NCBI RefSeq assembly: GCF_044704955.1
Contig: NC_091983.1
Coordinates: 22,754,001-22,818,000, forward strand
DNA length: 64,000 nucleotides
Reading direction: 5' to 3'
Source of the DNA: Pristiophorus japonicus
Lineage: Eukaryota
Shown: positions 11,294 to 22,649 of the stretch, one piece after another
Layout: each line of letters opens with the position of its first letter
Numbering within the stretch: the first letter of the stretch is position 1
Translations under genes and position numbers: made by a program
Notes under the pieces: model-generated
Told to the model about the DNA's origin: nothing
Database searches by the model: none
The model's input: the letters and a program-made list of their open reading frames with translations, nothing else

Positions 11294-14200
11294 TTACAAA
11301 TTGAGACGGTCCGGGGCTTTCCGCTCCCTAGTTGATCGTCTCAGTTCAATTCCAGATCTGGGTGAGCTCTCCGAGTCATTCATGACTTGAGGATGGGTAG
11401 CCGATCTAATGGGAGTGACAGTGTCCATGTCGGGGATTGAAGGTCCAGATTCATTGACAACAGCAGGGTCTTCTGATGGCTGAATATGAATCGGTTGGTC
11501 ATTGATGGTGTCTTCTTCAAGCTGTTCCGGTTCATCTGTGTGCCGCAATTTCGTCTGATCAATATGCCTCCTGCATGTTTGCCCGTTAGTGAGCCTGGCA
11601 TTAAGCACCCTGTTACTCTCCTTGGCCGTAACAGTGCCAGTGACCCACTTGGGGTGTTGACCATAATTTAGCACATACACTGGATCATTAATAGAGATGT
11701 CGCGTGACACGGCAGTGCAATCATGATACCACTGCTGATGTTGACGTCTGTTTTCGACGTGATCGTTAAGATCAGGGTCGACAAGCGAGAGCCTGGTCTT
11801 GAGACCTCTCTTCATCAACAGTTCAGCAGGGGGGACCCCAGTAAGAGTGTGGGGTCTTGTCCTGTAACTAAGCAGTATGCATAATAATCGAGACTGCAAA
11901 GAACCGTGAGTTACACGTTTCAGGCTCTGCTTGATGGTTTGGACGGCCCACTCCGCTTGACCATTGGACGTGGATTTGAATGGTGCTGACCTTACGTGCT
12001 TGATACCATTGAGTCTCATAAACTCTTGAAACTCCAAACTCGTGAAGCACGATCCGTTATCGCTCACAACAATGTCGGGCAGACCATGAGTGGCGAACAT
12101 GGCACAAAGGCTCTCAATGGTGGCTGTAGATGTGCTGGATGACATGATTACACATTCTATCCATTTGGAATGCACATCCACCACCACCAAAAACATTTTG
12201 CCCAGGAAAGGACCCGCGTAGTCGATGTGGATCCTCGACTATGGTTTGGATGGCCATGACCACAGACTTAGCGGAGATTCCACTGGTGCATTGCTTAATT
12301 GCATGCAAGTGTTGCACTGATGCACACATGACTCCAAATCAGAGTCAATGCCAGGCCACAAAATGTGAGACCTAGCAATGGCCTTCATCATCACAATATT
12401 GGGATGGGTACTGTGTAAATCCCGTACAAATCTCTTCTTGCCTTTCTTGAGCATAACAACACGATTACCCCACAGCAAATAATCGGATTGAATGAATAGT
12501 TCATCTTTGCGATGGTTGTAAGGTTTGCTCTCATCACACACTTCCCTGGGAATGGTCGGCCAATCACCACTAATGACACAACATTTTACAACGGATAAGA
12601 TCGGATCCTGGCTGATCCAGGTCTTAACTTGTTGAGCAGTGACAGGCGACACTTCACTCTCCAAAGGTATCCATGACCAACAGTAGGTCTGCGGGCTGTG
12701 GCGTTTCCACCTCCGGCGTGGACAACGGTAAATGGCTCAATGCATCGGCACAATTCTCGTTGCCAGGTCTATGGCAAATGACATAATCATAGGCAGATAA
12801 TGTCAGCGCCCACCTCTGGATGCAGGACCAATGCGTTGGTATTGATACCTCTATGCTCGGAAAACAAAAATATGAGCGGCTTGTGATGGGTTTCAAGCTC
12901 GAAACGATGCCCAAACAGACACTGGTGCATCTTTTTAACCCCATATATGCAGGCTAAAGCTTCTTTCTCTACCATGCCGTAGGCTCTTTCTGCTTTAGAC
13001 ATGCTTTTCGACGAGTACACAAGGGTTGTAGTTTTCCCGACTCATTGGATTGTTGGAGCACGCAACCAACCCCATGTGATGAAGCGTCATAGGCCAATAC
13101 TAAACGCTTGCACAGGTCATAATGTACCAGCAATTTGTTGGAACAAAGCAGATTTCCAGGCTTCTCGAAGGCCCTGTCTTGAGATCCACCCCAAACCCAG
13201 TTGTCGCCTTTTCTGAGCAGCATGTGCAGTGGCTCTAATAATGTGCTCAATTTAGGTAAGAAATTACCGAAGTAGTTGAGAAGACCAAGGAACGAACGCA
13301 GCTCCATCACATTCTGGGATCTGGGTATGTTTTTGATGGCCTCTGCTTTCGAGTCCGTAGGTCTGATGCCGTCTGCAGCAATCTTCCTTCCCAAGAATCC
13401 AACTTCCAGTGTCATGAAGACGCACTTTGAACGTTTCAGCCTGAGCCCCACTTTGTCCAGATGACGTAGAACTCTTCCAGGTTGTGCAGGTGTTCGGCAG
13501 TGTCACAACCTGTGACCAGAATGTCGTCTTGAACACCACGGTTCAAGGACAGACTTCAGTAAACTCTCCATGTTTCTCTGAAATATGGCTGCAGCCGAGC
13601 GAATTCTGAAAGGACACCTGTTGTAAATGAACAGCCCTTTTTGTGTATTGATGCACGTAAGTTTCTTCGACAATTCAACAAGCTCCTGTGTCATATAAGT
13701 TGACATCAGATCCAATTTGGTGAACGACTTTCCCCCTGCTGAACAGGTCATCAGCCTTTGGTAACGGGTACTGATCCTGTTTCAAAACTCGGTTGATCGT
13801 AACCTTGTAGTCTCCACAAATCCTGACAGTGCCATCACACTTCAGCACAGGAACAATGGGACTAGCCCATTCGTTAAATTCGACCGGTGAAATGACCCCT
13901 TCACGTTGGAGTCTGTCCAGTTCAATTTCAACCTTCTCCCTCATCATGTACGGGACCGCCCGGGTTTTGTGATAGATGGGTCTTGCATCCGAGTCCGGGC
14001 GGATCTGTACCTTGGCTCCCGTGAAGTTGCGATGCCCGGTTCAAACAGCGAGGGAAATTTGCTCAGCACTTAACAAAGCTTTAATATTGTTCCAGTTCCA
14101 CTTGATTTTTTCGAGCCAATTTCTGCCGAACAGCATTGGACCATTGTCTGGAACGATCCACAGCGATAGATCATGAATCGCCCCATCGTACGACACCTTG

Positions 14201-15227
14201 ACTGGTATGAGCTCTTTGGTGTAGGTACGCAATTTTGCATTTACTGGACTCAGCTTGGGTTTCACGGCCTTGGTGTCCCATAGCTTTTCGAAAGTCCTCT
14301 GGCTCATAATTGACTGACTCGCACCCGTGTCTAATTCCATAGATACCGGCACGCCGTTCAATTTTACTTCAATCATTATTGGTTGGCTCTTTGTCAGGAA
14401 CAAAATGACACTATACACTTCCTCCTCGGGTATCTTAGATGCATTGCCAGATCCGCTCCGGATCGGTCATCATCATCCACGTGGTGTGCCGCAGCACACT
14501 TGCTGAGCTGCAGACACATCCGCTGAAGGTGCCCCATTTTCGCACAGCCTCTACAAATATACTGTCTGAAACGGCACTGATGAGTCCGATGATTGCACCC
14601 ACAACGACAACAGGTTGAAATCGGATTTGTACCCAATGGCGGACTTCGAGCAGTTACAGGTTTCGCAAACACAGTCGGGTAGGCCCTGCCAGGTGCTGCT
14701 CTGCCAACCGACGACACAATCTGGTGCACAGTACTTGCCGTGGAGTTTCGACTCTGCGAAGATATCTGCTTTGTACTGTCGACCGTGGTCAGGCAAGCCT
14801 GAGCGATCGTGATGGCCCTGCCCAGATCCAGCATCTCCGCAGCCAGCAGTTTACGCAGGATCACCTCGTGGTTTATGCCTATTACAAAGACGTCGCGCAG
14901 CATGGCTCTCAACGCGGTTCCAAACTTACACGGCCCAGCGAGACGTCTCAGGTCGGCAGCAAATTCCGCCACGTCCTGACCCTCAGAACGAACATGCTTG
15001 TAAAAGTGATATCTCGAGTTAATGGTGCCTTCTTTAGGTTTGAGTTGGTCCTGAATCAGAGCACACACACAATTCCTCATAGGTCTTTTCCATTGGACCT
15101 GCAGGTGAGAGCAGATTCTTTATAAGGCCATAGATTTTTGGACCACAAACCGTGAGGAAAACCACCCTGTGCCTAACTGCATCAGCGTCTTCATCCATCT
15201 TGTTGGCCACGAAGTACTGGTTGAGGC
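11294..15227 (-). pseudogene. Gypsy gag-pol of outer element (zinc knuckles, protease LDTGA, RT, RNase H, integrase), frameshifted
   Basis: 'CRGCAKMGHLQRMC', 'MELDTGASQS', 'WASPIVPVLK.DGTVRICGDYK', 'AYDASSHGVGCVL', 'IVVSDNG', 'RRSTRERKAPDRLNL'. Confidence 0.93.
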
Positions 15228-18200
15228 TGTTACATTCATAATAAATGGTCAGACTGAGTACTGTGTGCAATGAGCAAGTGTGACCTTAGCTCCTTTATTG
15301 TAGTTCCAGGTGCAGGTACCTTGTGGGTGGCCTGCTTATATTCTGTGCTCCCAAGGGATGCTGGGATCCCTTGGACTCCAACAGATAGGCCCTCTGGTGG
15401 ACAGGTGTGATGCAGGTTACAAGGGGTTAAATAGATAACATCACTCCCCCGTGAAGTCAACAATACACGTATTTACAAGGTGAGACGATCTGGGGCTTTG
15501 CGCTCCCTTGTTGACCGTCTCGGTACAAATGCTGGTGTGGATGAGTTGGTTAGTTCTTCACTGGGCTGTTGGGCAGCTGGCCTTGCTGAGCTGCTGGGGA
15601 TGATGAGTTCTGTTTCGTGGTCAATTGTGATGTCAGTTGTCACTTGTGTGTGTGTTGGAAGGTCAAAGTTGGTGGTGTCCTCTTCAGGTTGAACGTAGCT
15701 GTTGGTGAATCGCAGTTTAATTTGGTCCAAGTGTTTTCTCTGCGTTTGTCCATTGGCGTCAGTTTGACCTGAAATACCCTACTCCCCTCTTTGGCTGTGA
15801 ACGTGCCAGCGAGCCATTTGGGACCATGTCCATAATTGAGCACAAACACAGGATCATTGATCTCAATATCGTGTGACAAGTTTGCGCTGTCATGGTACAC
15901 ATTTTGTTGATGCCGCTTGTCCTCCACGTGATCATGTAGATCAGGATGGACCAGAGAGAGCCTTGTTTTAAGTGCCCTCTTCATGAGCAGCTCGGCTGGG
16001 GGAATCCTGGTGAGTGAGTGGGGTCTGGTGCGGTAGCTGAGCAGTACTCAGGACAACCGGGTCTGCAGGGAGCTTTCCGACATGCGTTTCAAGCTTTGCT
16101 TGATGGTCTAGACTGCCCGTTCTGCCTGGACGTTGGATGCGGGCTTGAACGGCGCAGATGTGACATGTTTGATCCCATTGCGGGGTCATGAATTCTTTGA
16201 ATTCGGCATTGGTGAATCACGGCCCATTGTCGCTGACTAGGACATCGGGCACGCCGTGCATGGCAAATATAGCTCGTAGACTTTCAGTGGTGGCCATGGA
16301 TGTGCTGACAGACATTATTGCACATTCAATCCACTTTGAGTAGCATCCATGACAACCAAAAACATTTTGCCTAGGAATGGGCCCGCATAGTCTACATGGA
16401 TCCTCGACCACGGTTTGGATCGCCAGGACCACAAACTTAGTGGTGCCTCTCTGGGTGCATTGCTCAACTGAGAACAAGTGTTGCACTGGCGCACACATGA
16501 CTCTAAATCTGAGTTGATCCTCGGCCACCGCACATGGGATCTGGCTATCACTTTGATCATCACGATGCCTGGGTGGGTGCTGTGCAGTTCGCAAATGAAT
16601 GTGCCTCTGCCTTTCTCGGGCAAGACTACACGATTGCCCCACAAAATACAGTCTTCCTGCAGGGACAGCTCATCTTTGCATCTGTGGAATGGCTTAGTCG
16701 CTTCCTGCATCTCCAATGGGACACTGGACCAGCTATCATGGAGGACACAGTTTTTTACCAGGGAGTGTAAAGGATCCTGGTTGGTCCAGATCCTGATCTA
16801 GCGGGCCATAAGGGGGATTTCACGTTCTCAAATGCCTCCATGACTATGAGCAAGTCCTCTGGCTATGCCATTTCCACCCCGGTGGTGAGCAATGGTAGCC
16901 GACTAAGAGCATCTGCACAGTTCTCTGTGCCCGGGTTACATCGTTGTATGCTGACAGCGTGAATGCCCATCTTTGGATGCGAGCAGGTATTAATCACTTT
17001 GCTCTCCGAGAATAGTGATATGAGCGGCTTGAGGTCAGTTTCAAGCTCGAACTTGAGGCCAAACAAGTACCGGTGCATTTTCTTTACCCTGTAAATGCAC
17101 GCCAGAGCCTCTTTTTTAACCATGCTGTAGGCCCTTTCGGCCTTGGACAAACTCCTGGATGCATACGCAACTGGTTGCAAAATTCCCGATTCATTAGCCT
17201 TTTGTAACACACACCCGACCCCGTATGACGACGCATCGCAAGCTAGCACTAATCATTTACAAGGGTTATACAGGGCAAGCAGTTTGATCGAACACAATAA
17301 ATTTCTGGCTTTCTTAAAGGCAGCCTCTTGTGAATTCCCCCATACCCAGTGGTCTCCCTTGCGCAGTAGCGCATGCAGGGGTTCTAGCAGGGTGCTTAAC
17401 CCAGGTAGGAAATGACCGAAGTAGTTAAGGAGTTCCAGGAACGACCGCAGTTCCATCACGTTCTGTGGTCACAGCGCGTTCTTGATGGCTTCCGTGTTAG
17501 CATCGGTGGCTCTGATGCCGTCTGCTGCGATTCTTCTTCCTAAGAATTCGACGTCCTGTGCCAGGAAAACACACTTTGAGCATTTCAACCTGAGTCCCAC
17601 GTGATCCAACTGACTAAAAACCTCCTCCAGATTCTTCAAGTGCTCCATGATGTCCCGACCTGTAACCAATATGTTGTCCTGGAAAACCACTGTACAAGGA
17701 ATCGATTTAGCAGGCTCTTCACGTTCCGTTGGAAGATTGCTGCGGCCGACCGAATCCTGAACGGGCACCGGTTGTAGATAAACAGACCTTTGTACATGTT
17801 GATGAGGGTGAGGCCTTTTGAAGACTCCTCCAGCTCCTGCGTCATGTAGGCCGAGGTCAGGTCCAGTTTGGTGAATGTCTTCCCTCCAGCCAGGGTCACG
17901 AATAGGTCGTCTGTCTTGGGTAGCGGGTATTGGTCCTGCAGCGAAAAACGGTTAATCGTTACTTTATAGTCCCCGCAAATTCTAACCGTACCGTCCTCCT
18001 TGAGTACCACAACAATCGGACTGGCCCAGTCATTGAATTCCACCGGCGCAATACTGCCTTCACATTGCAGCCTGTCCAGCTCGATTTCTACTTTTTCACG
18101 CATCATGTACGGTACCGCCCGAGCTTTGTATTGGATAGCTCATGTACCTGGAACCAAATGGATCTGCACTTTCGCCCCTGAGAAGCTTCCAATGCCTGGC

Positions 18201-19742
18201 TCAAATAACAAAAGGAATTTTCTTAGAATCTGGGTACATGCAGTGTCGTCGACAGACAAAAGCGCTGCCGATTTTCCCCAGTCAGCTTCTGCCAAACAAG
18301 GTGGGGCCATCCCGTGGCACAATCCACAGCGGGAGTTCATGTACTGATCCATCATAGGAGACTTTGACTTCAGCACTGCCAATTACAGGGATTAGTTCCT
18401 TTGTGTAAGTCCTTAGTTTGGTGTGAATGGGGCTGAGCTTGGGCCTGTGTACCTTCTTCCCCCACAGCCGGTTGAAGGCCATTTTACTCATTATGGACTG
18501 ACTTTCCCCCATGTCCAGCTCCATAGACACTGGAATACCGTTCAATTCAACTTTCAACATTATTGGTGGACATTTCGTCGTGAACATATGTATCCCGTAC
18601 ACCTCTGCTTCCTCGGTGCAAGTCTCCAATTCCATCTGATCAACTGTGGACCGATCTTCCTCTGCAACTTGGTGGTTTGCAGGGTTTGCAGCTCGCCTGC
18701 ACATTCGTTGAAGATGTCCCATTGTTCTGTAGCCATTGCATGCTTACTGCTTAAAGCAGCATTGATGGGGCCCTTGACCCCTCCCGCAGCGCCAACAGGG
18801 TGTTAACTGCCTTGCATTAACAGATGACGGCGGACGCTGGGTCAATTGAGGTCGGGCCACAGCAGCCGGCGTGTACGTTCTGCCCTGTACATTTCTGCTC
18901 AAAACCGACGTTGCTTTATGCACAGTACTGGCCGAAACTTCTTTATTCTGCAAAATCTGCTTGGTGTTGTCGCTGGTGGACATAAATGCTTGGGCTATCG
19001 TCATGGCTTTACTCAGATTCAGAGTCTTTACATTGAACAGTTTGCGAAGGATTGTCTCATGTCCGATGCCCAGTACAAAAAAGTCTCTGACCATTTGTTC
19101 TTGGAATCCTTCAAACTCACAATGCCCTGCAAGGCGCCTTAGTTCGGCGATGTAGCTCGCCACTTCCTGGCCCTCCTGATCGTTGACACGTGTAGAACCG
19201 ATATCTCGCCATCAAAACACTTTCCTTAGGATTTAGGTGCTCCCAGACCAGCGTACACAGTTCTTCGTAGTATTTTTCTGTTGGTTTAGCCGGGGCCAGG
19301 AGATTCTTCATGAGGCCATAGGTTCTTGCCCCACAGACAGTTAGGAGGATCGCCCTTCTTTTGGTCGCATTCTTGTCCCCTTCCAGCTCATTGGCCACGA
19401 AGTATTGGTCAAATCGCTCTACGAAGGCCTCCCAATCGTCCCTCTTTGAGAACTTGTCCAGGATGCCGACTGTTCTTTGCATTTTCACGTGGTTATTTGT
19501 TACCTCATCGCCAATTGTTACATTCATAATAAATGGTCAGACTGAGTACTGTGTGTAATGAGCAAGTGTGGCCTTAGCTCCCTTATTGTAGTTGCAGAGT
19601 GCAGGTACCTCGTGGGTGGCCTGCTTATATTTTGTGCTCCCACAGGATGCTGGGATCCATTGGGATTCCAACAGGTAGGCCCTCTGGTGGACAGGTGTGA
19701 TGCAGTTACATAACGGAGACATAAGGGGTTAAATACATAATG
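15228..19742 (-). mobile_element. Gypsy (Mag-like) LTR retrotransposon, inner element nested in outer gag
   Basis: LTRs 15228-15440 and 19516-19742; PBS 'tggcgatgagg'; PPT 'gggggagtga'; TSD gaggc/gagac. Confidence 0.95.
15473..19482 (-). pseudogene. Gypsy gag-pol of inner element, frameshifted
   Basis: 'MQRTVGILDKF..DDWEAFVERFDQYFVAN', 'FTKLDLTSAY', 'VVFQDNILVTG', 'ACDASSYGVGCVL', 'HSTHPGIV', 'RRSTRERKAPDRLTL'. Confidence 0.93.
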
Positions 19743-19840
19743 GAGACGAGCTATAAAATCCCTCAACGAATCGCTTCAGGATTCCAACAGTGATCATTTT
19801 TTTTTGTGTGTGAAAGTTCGTATTGTGCCTCATCGCTAAA

Positions 19841-20044
19841 TGTTGCGTATGCAATAACTCAATAGGCTTAGTACTGTGAACTCAATCAGGTGTGTCCTGA
19901 CTCTACTTTATTAGCTCTCAAAGTTAGGATTAAACATGGTGGCTTTCTTTATATACAAGGGCTGCACGTGTGAGTCTGTGGTCCAATGACCTCTGATGGT
20001 CGCTCCCCCTGGTGGCAGGTAAACACAGGCATACATACATTACA
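19841..20044 (-). repeat. 5' LTR of outer Gypsy
   Basis: Repeat of 11054-11257; PBS adjacent. Confidence 0.93.
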
Positions 20045-20775
20045 AAAAAACAGGCCAATTTGAGGGGAAAATCCTGGAAATTCCTCTCCAACTCATCTAA
20101 GCGATCAAAACTAGTCCAGGAGATCACTCTGGCCCTGAATTCCCTGCACTACCTAACTTCTGCAAGAGGTGATCTCTGCCCCAGGCAGAAACAGGTCCAG
20201 CTCTCGCTTGAAGGAATTCAGCGAATCAGCATCCACCGCCCGAGACGGCAGCCTGTTCCAGAGGCCCACTATTCAAGAGGGAGTTAGATATGGCCCTTAC
20301 GGTTAAGGGGATCAAGGGGTATGGAGAGAAAGCAGGAAAGGGGTACTGAGGGAATGATCAGCCATGATCTTATTGAATGGTGGTACAGGCTCGAAGGGCC
20401 GAATGGCCTTCTCCTGCATCTATTTTCTATGTTTCTATTTTTCTATTCTCTGGGAAAAGAGCCATCTCCAGACATCTAACCTAGATCTGGCAACTATACA
20501 ACTTAAATTTGTGACCCCTGGTCCTCTCTAACCTATTTAATTGGAACAAAGTGGAACACAATCTATTACCTTCATTATCTTATAAACCTCTATCAGATCA
20601 CCCCTAAGTCTATGCTTCTCTAAAGTGTAGAGTCCCAACTCCTTTAGCATATTCCTGATAACTAAGATGCTTTTTACTGGGAATTAGTCTAGTGGCCTGC
20701 CCCTGCACCCGTTCCAAAGCCTCAATATCACCCACCATGTGAGGAGACCAAAACTGGACATAGTATTCCAAGTAA
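20045..20775 (-). mobile_element. CR1-like LINE 3' portion (continues at 10950-11053), hosting the Gypsy pair and a small + strand CR1 tail (20273-20446)
   Basis: 'YLEYYVQFWSPHMVGDIEALERVQGQATRLIP'; UTR similar to 37780-37930. Confidence 0.75.
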
Positions 20776-21918
20776 GGCAACCTTGGCTGATACCTTAGTA
20801 CAGTACTGAAAAACTGCCTCAATCTTGGAAGTGCCATCTTTCAGTTGAGAGTTCCGGTGGTTTGTTGCATTTTGTGAAGTAAAACAGTTTTCATGTTGGT
20901 TCCTCCCTCAATCAACGTCACAAATCAACTAATTGATGTTTGAGGAATCTCGCTATTGTTTACCTGCACTGTAATTTAAAACATGAATAATTCTTAAAGT
21001 GAGGAAGGCTGTTCAGCCCATCTAAATTCTTATTAATTTATGACCTGAACTTGGATATACAGGGCATAATTTCAAAGTTTGCAGATGACAGGAAAATAGA
21101 AATTCTGGGCTCAATTTTCCCCAGTGATTTGCACTGTTTTTTTGGCACGTGCCACTTTAAGAACATAAGAACATAAGAAATAGGAGCAGGAGTAGGCCAT
21201 ACAGCCCCTCGAGCCTGCTCCACCATTCAATAAGATCATGGCTGATCTTTCTTTGGCATAAGTTAAAAAATTAAATTTCCCCAAGGAAAATGCACCAGCG
21301 TAACTCAGGTAGTTACGATTTTTTAGGTTAGTTTTTTTTTGGGTCATGGGGCGTAACCTGATGACTGCGCCAGTTTTTATCAATTATGTAAGTTTGGCCA
21401 AAAAAATGTCTCCTAGGTCGGCGTATGTGACCATTCCCAAAAGACCTTCTGGCGAGTTAAGAAAATGCAGCGCACGTTAAAAAATTGGCGCAGAAAGACG
21501 CCATTGTTTTTCAGTGAAGTTTTGGAGGGAGTCAAGAACACTTAAATATGCATAATAAAGATTGTTTTTTTTTAATCTGATAATACAGTAAATGGAAGTT
21601 TGATGGAATTCTGCAATTTTTTTTTCAACTGACACATCACCACCGAATGTCTGCAAACAGGCCTCAAGGGTCGGAGCATCGGCCGGCAGACTCGGTCCCG
21701 CGCCCGGACACAGTGGCTCGGGGCTTAGCTGCAAAAGAAGCCCAGGGGGTGGTGGGGTGGAGGAGGTGCTGTGGAACGCAAAGGGAAAGCATCAGAAGCC
21801 TGCACTACCCATCAAATCAAGCCCGGGTGGGTGGGGGGGCTTTGGAAGACAGGAGAAAGAACAAAGAACCTTGTCCTGCCTGCCATTTTGAGCTTCTTGC
21901 AAGGGTAAAATTTAAGCA

Positions 21919-22280
21919 TGGGGGCAATACTGAGAATGCTATACCTTGTGCCAGCCTTTTGCATGATGGTGCTGTGGAGGAGACAATTGATTCGACGTCA
22001 TCGCATTAGGAACCTCAGAGTGCATAATGTGATGGGCAGGCGGCCTTAACCATGTCAGGTCTATCGAGACAAGCGTTCACACCTGCACCTGAGTGAGGCA
22101 GACAGTGTCAGAAGGCTGTGTTTCCACAAAGAAGTTGTAACCGAGATCTGTGAGTTAGTAAAAGCAGACCTGCAACCTAGAAGCATCAGGAAGACTGCTT
22201 TGTCAGTTGAAGTGAAGGTTACAGCTGCACTTTCATTCCATGCATCTCGATCGTTCCATGCTACAACTGGGGATGCGGTA
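21919..22280 (+). pseudogene. HARBI1-like transposase N-terminal remnant
   Basis: 'RRLCFHKEVVTEICELVKADLQPRSIRKTALSVEVKVTAALSFHAS' then truncated. Confidence 0.8.
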
Positions 22281-22649
22281 ACTATTCCACATGGACCATG
22301 TTTACTGTTTCAACCTGTTCCATAATGTTGTGTTGTGTTCATGGAACAAATGGAAATGATTCAGTTATAATTTAAAATATATTTTATTCAAAAGTTTAAC
22401 AAACATTTGTTTGTACTTACCTTAACTTTAATAAATATATTCTGGTATCAAACTTTAAAGTTTTCAGTTAAGATCACTTACAAACTCTAAGATCACTTAA
22501 AAACTTTAAGATCACTTACTAACTTTTACTAACGTAAATTTACATAACTTACACAAAATGTTTAATTTGAGTACAGTTACAGCAGTAACAATAATAATAA
22601 CAACAACAACAACAGCAGCAAAGAAAGGCTGCACCCATCTCTCCTCCAC

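Larger units (their letters stand above)
11054..20044 (-). mobile_element. Gypsy/Ty3 (Mag-like) LTR retrotransposon, outer element (about 4.5 kb excluding the nested element)
   Basis: 204-bp TG..CA LTRs at 11054-11257 and 19841-20044; PPT at 11258-11270; PBS at 19828-19840; TSD aaata/aaaaa; gag-PR-RT-RH-IN order. Confidence 0.95.
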
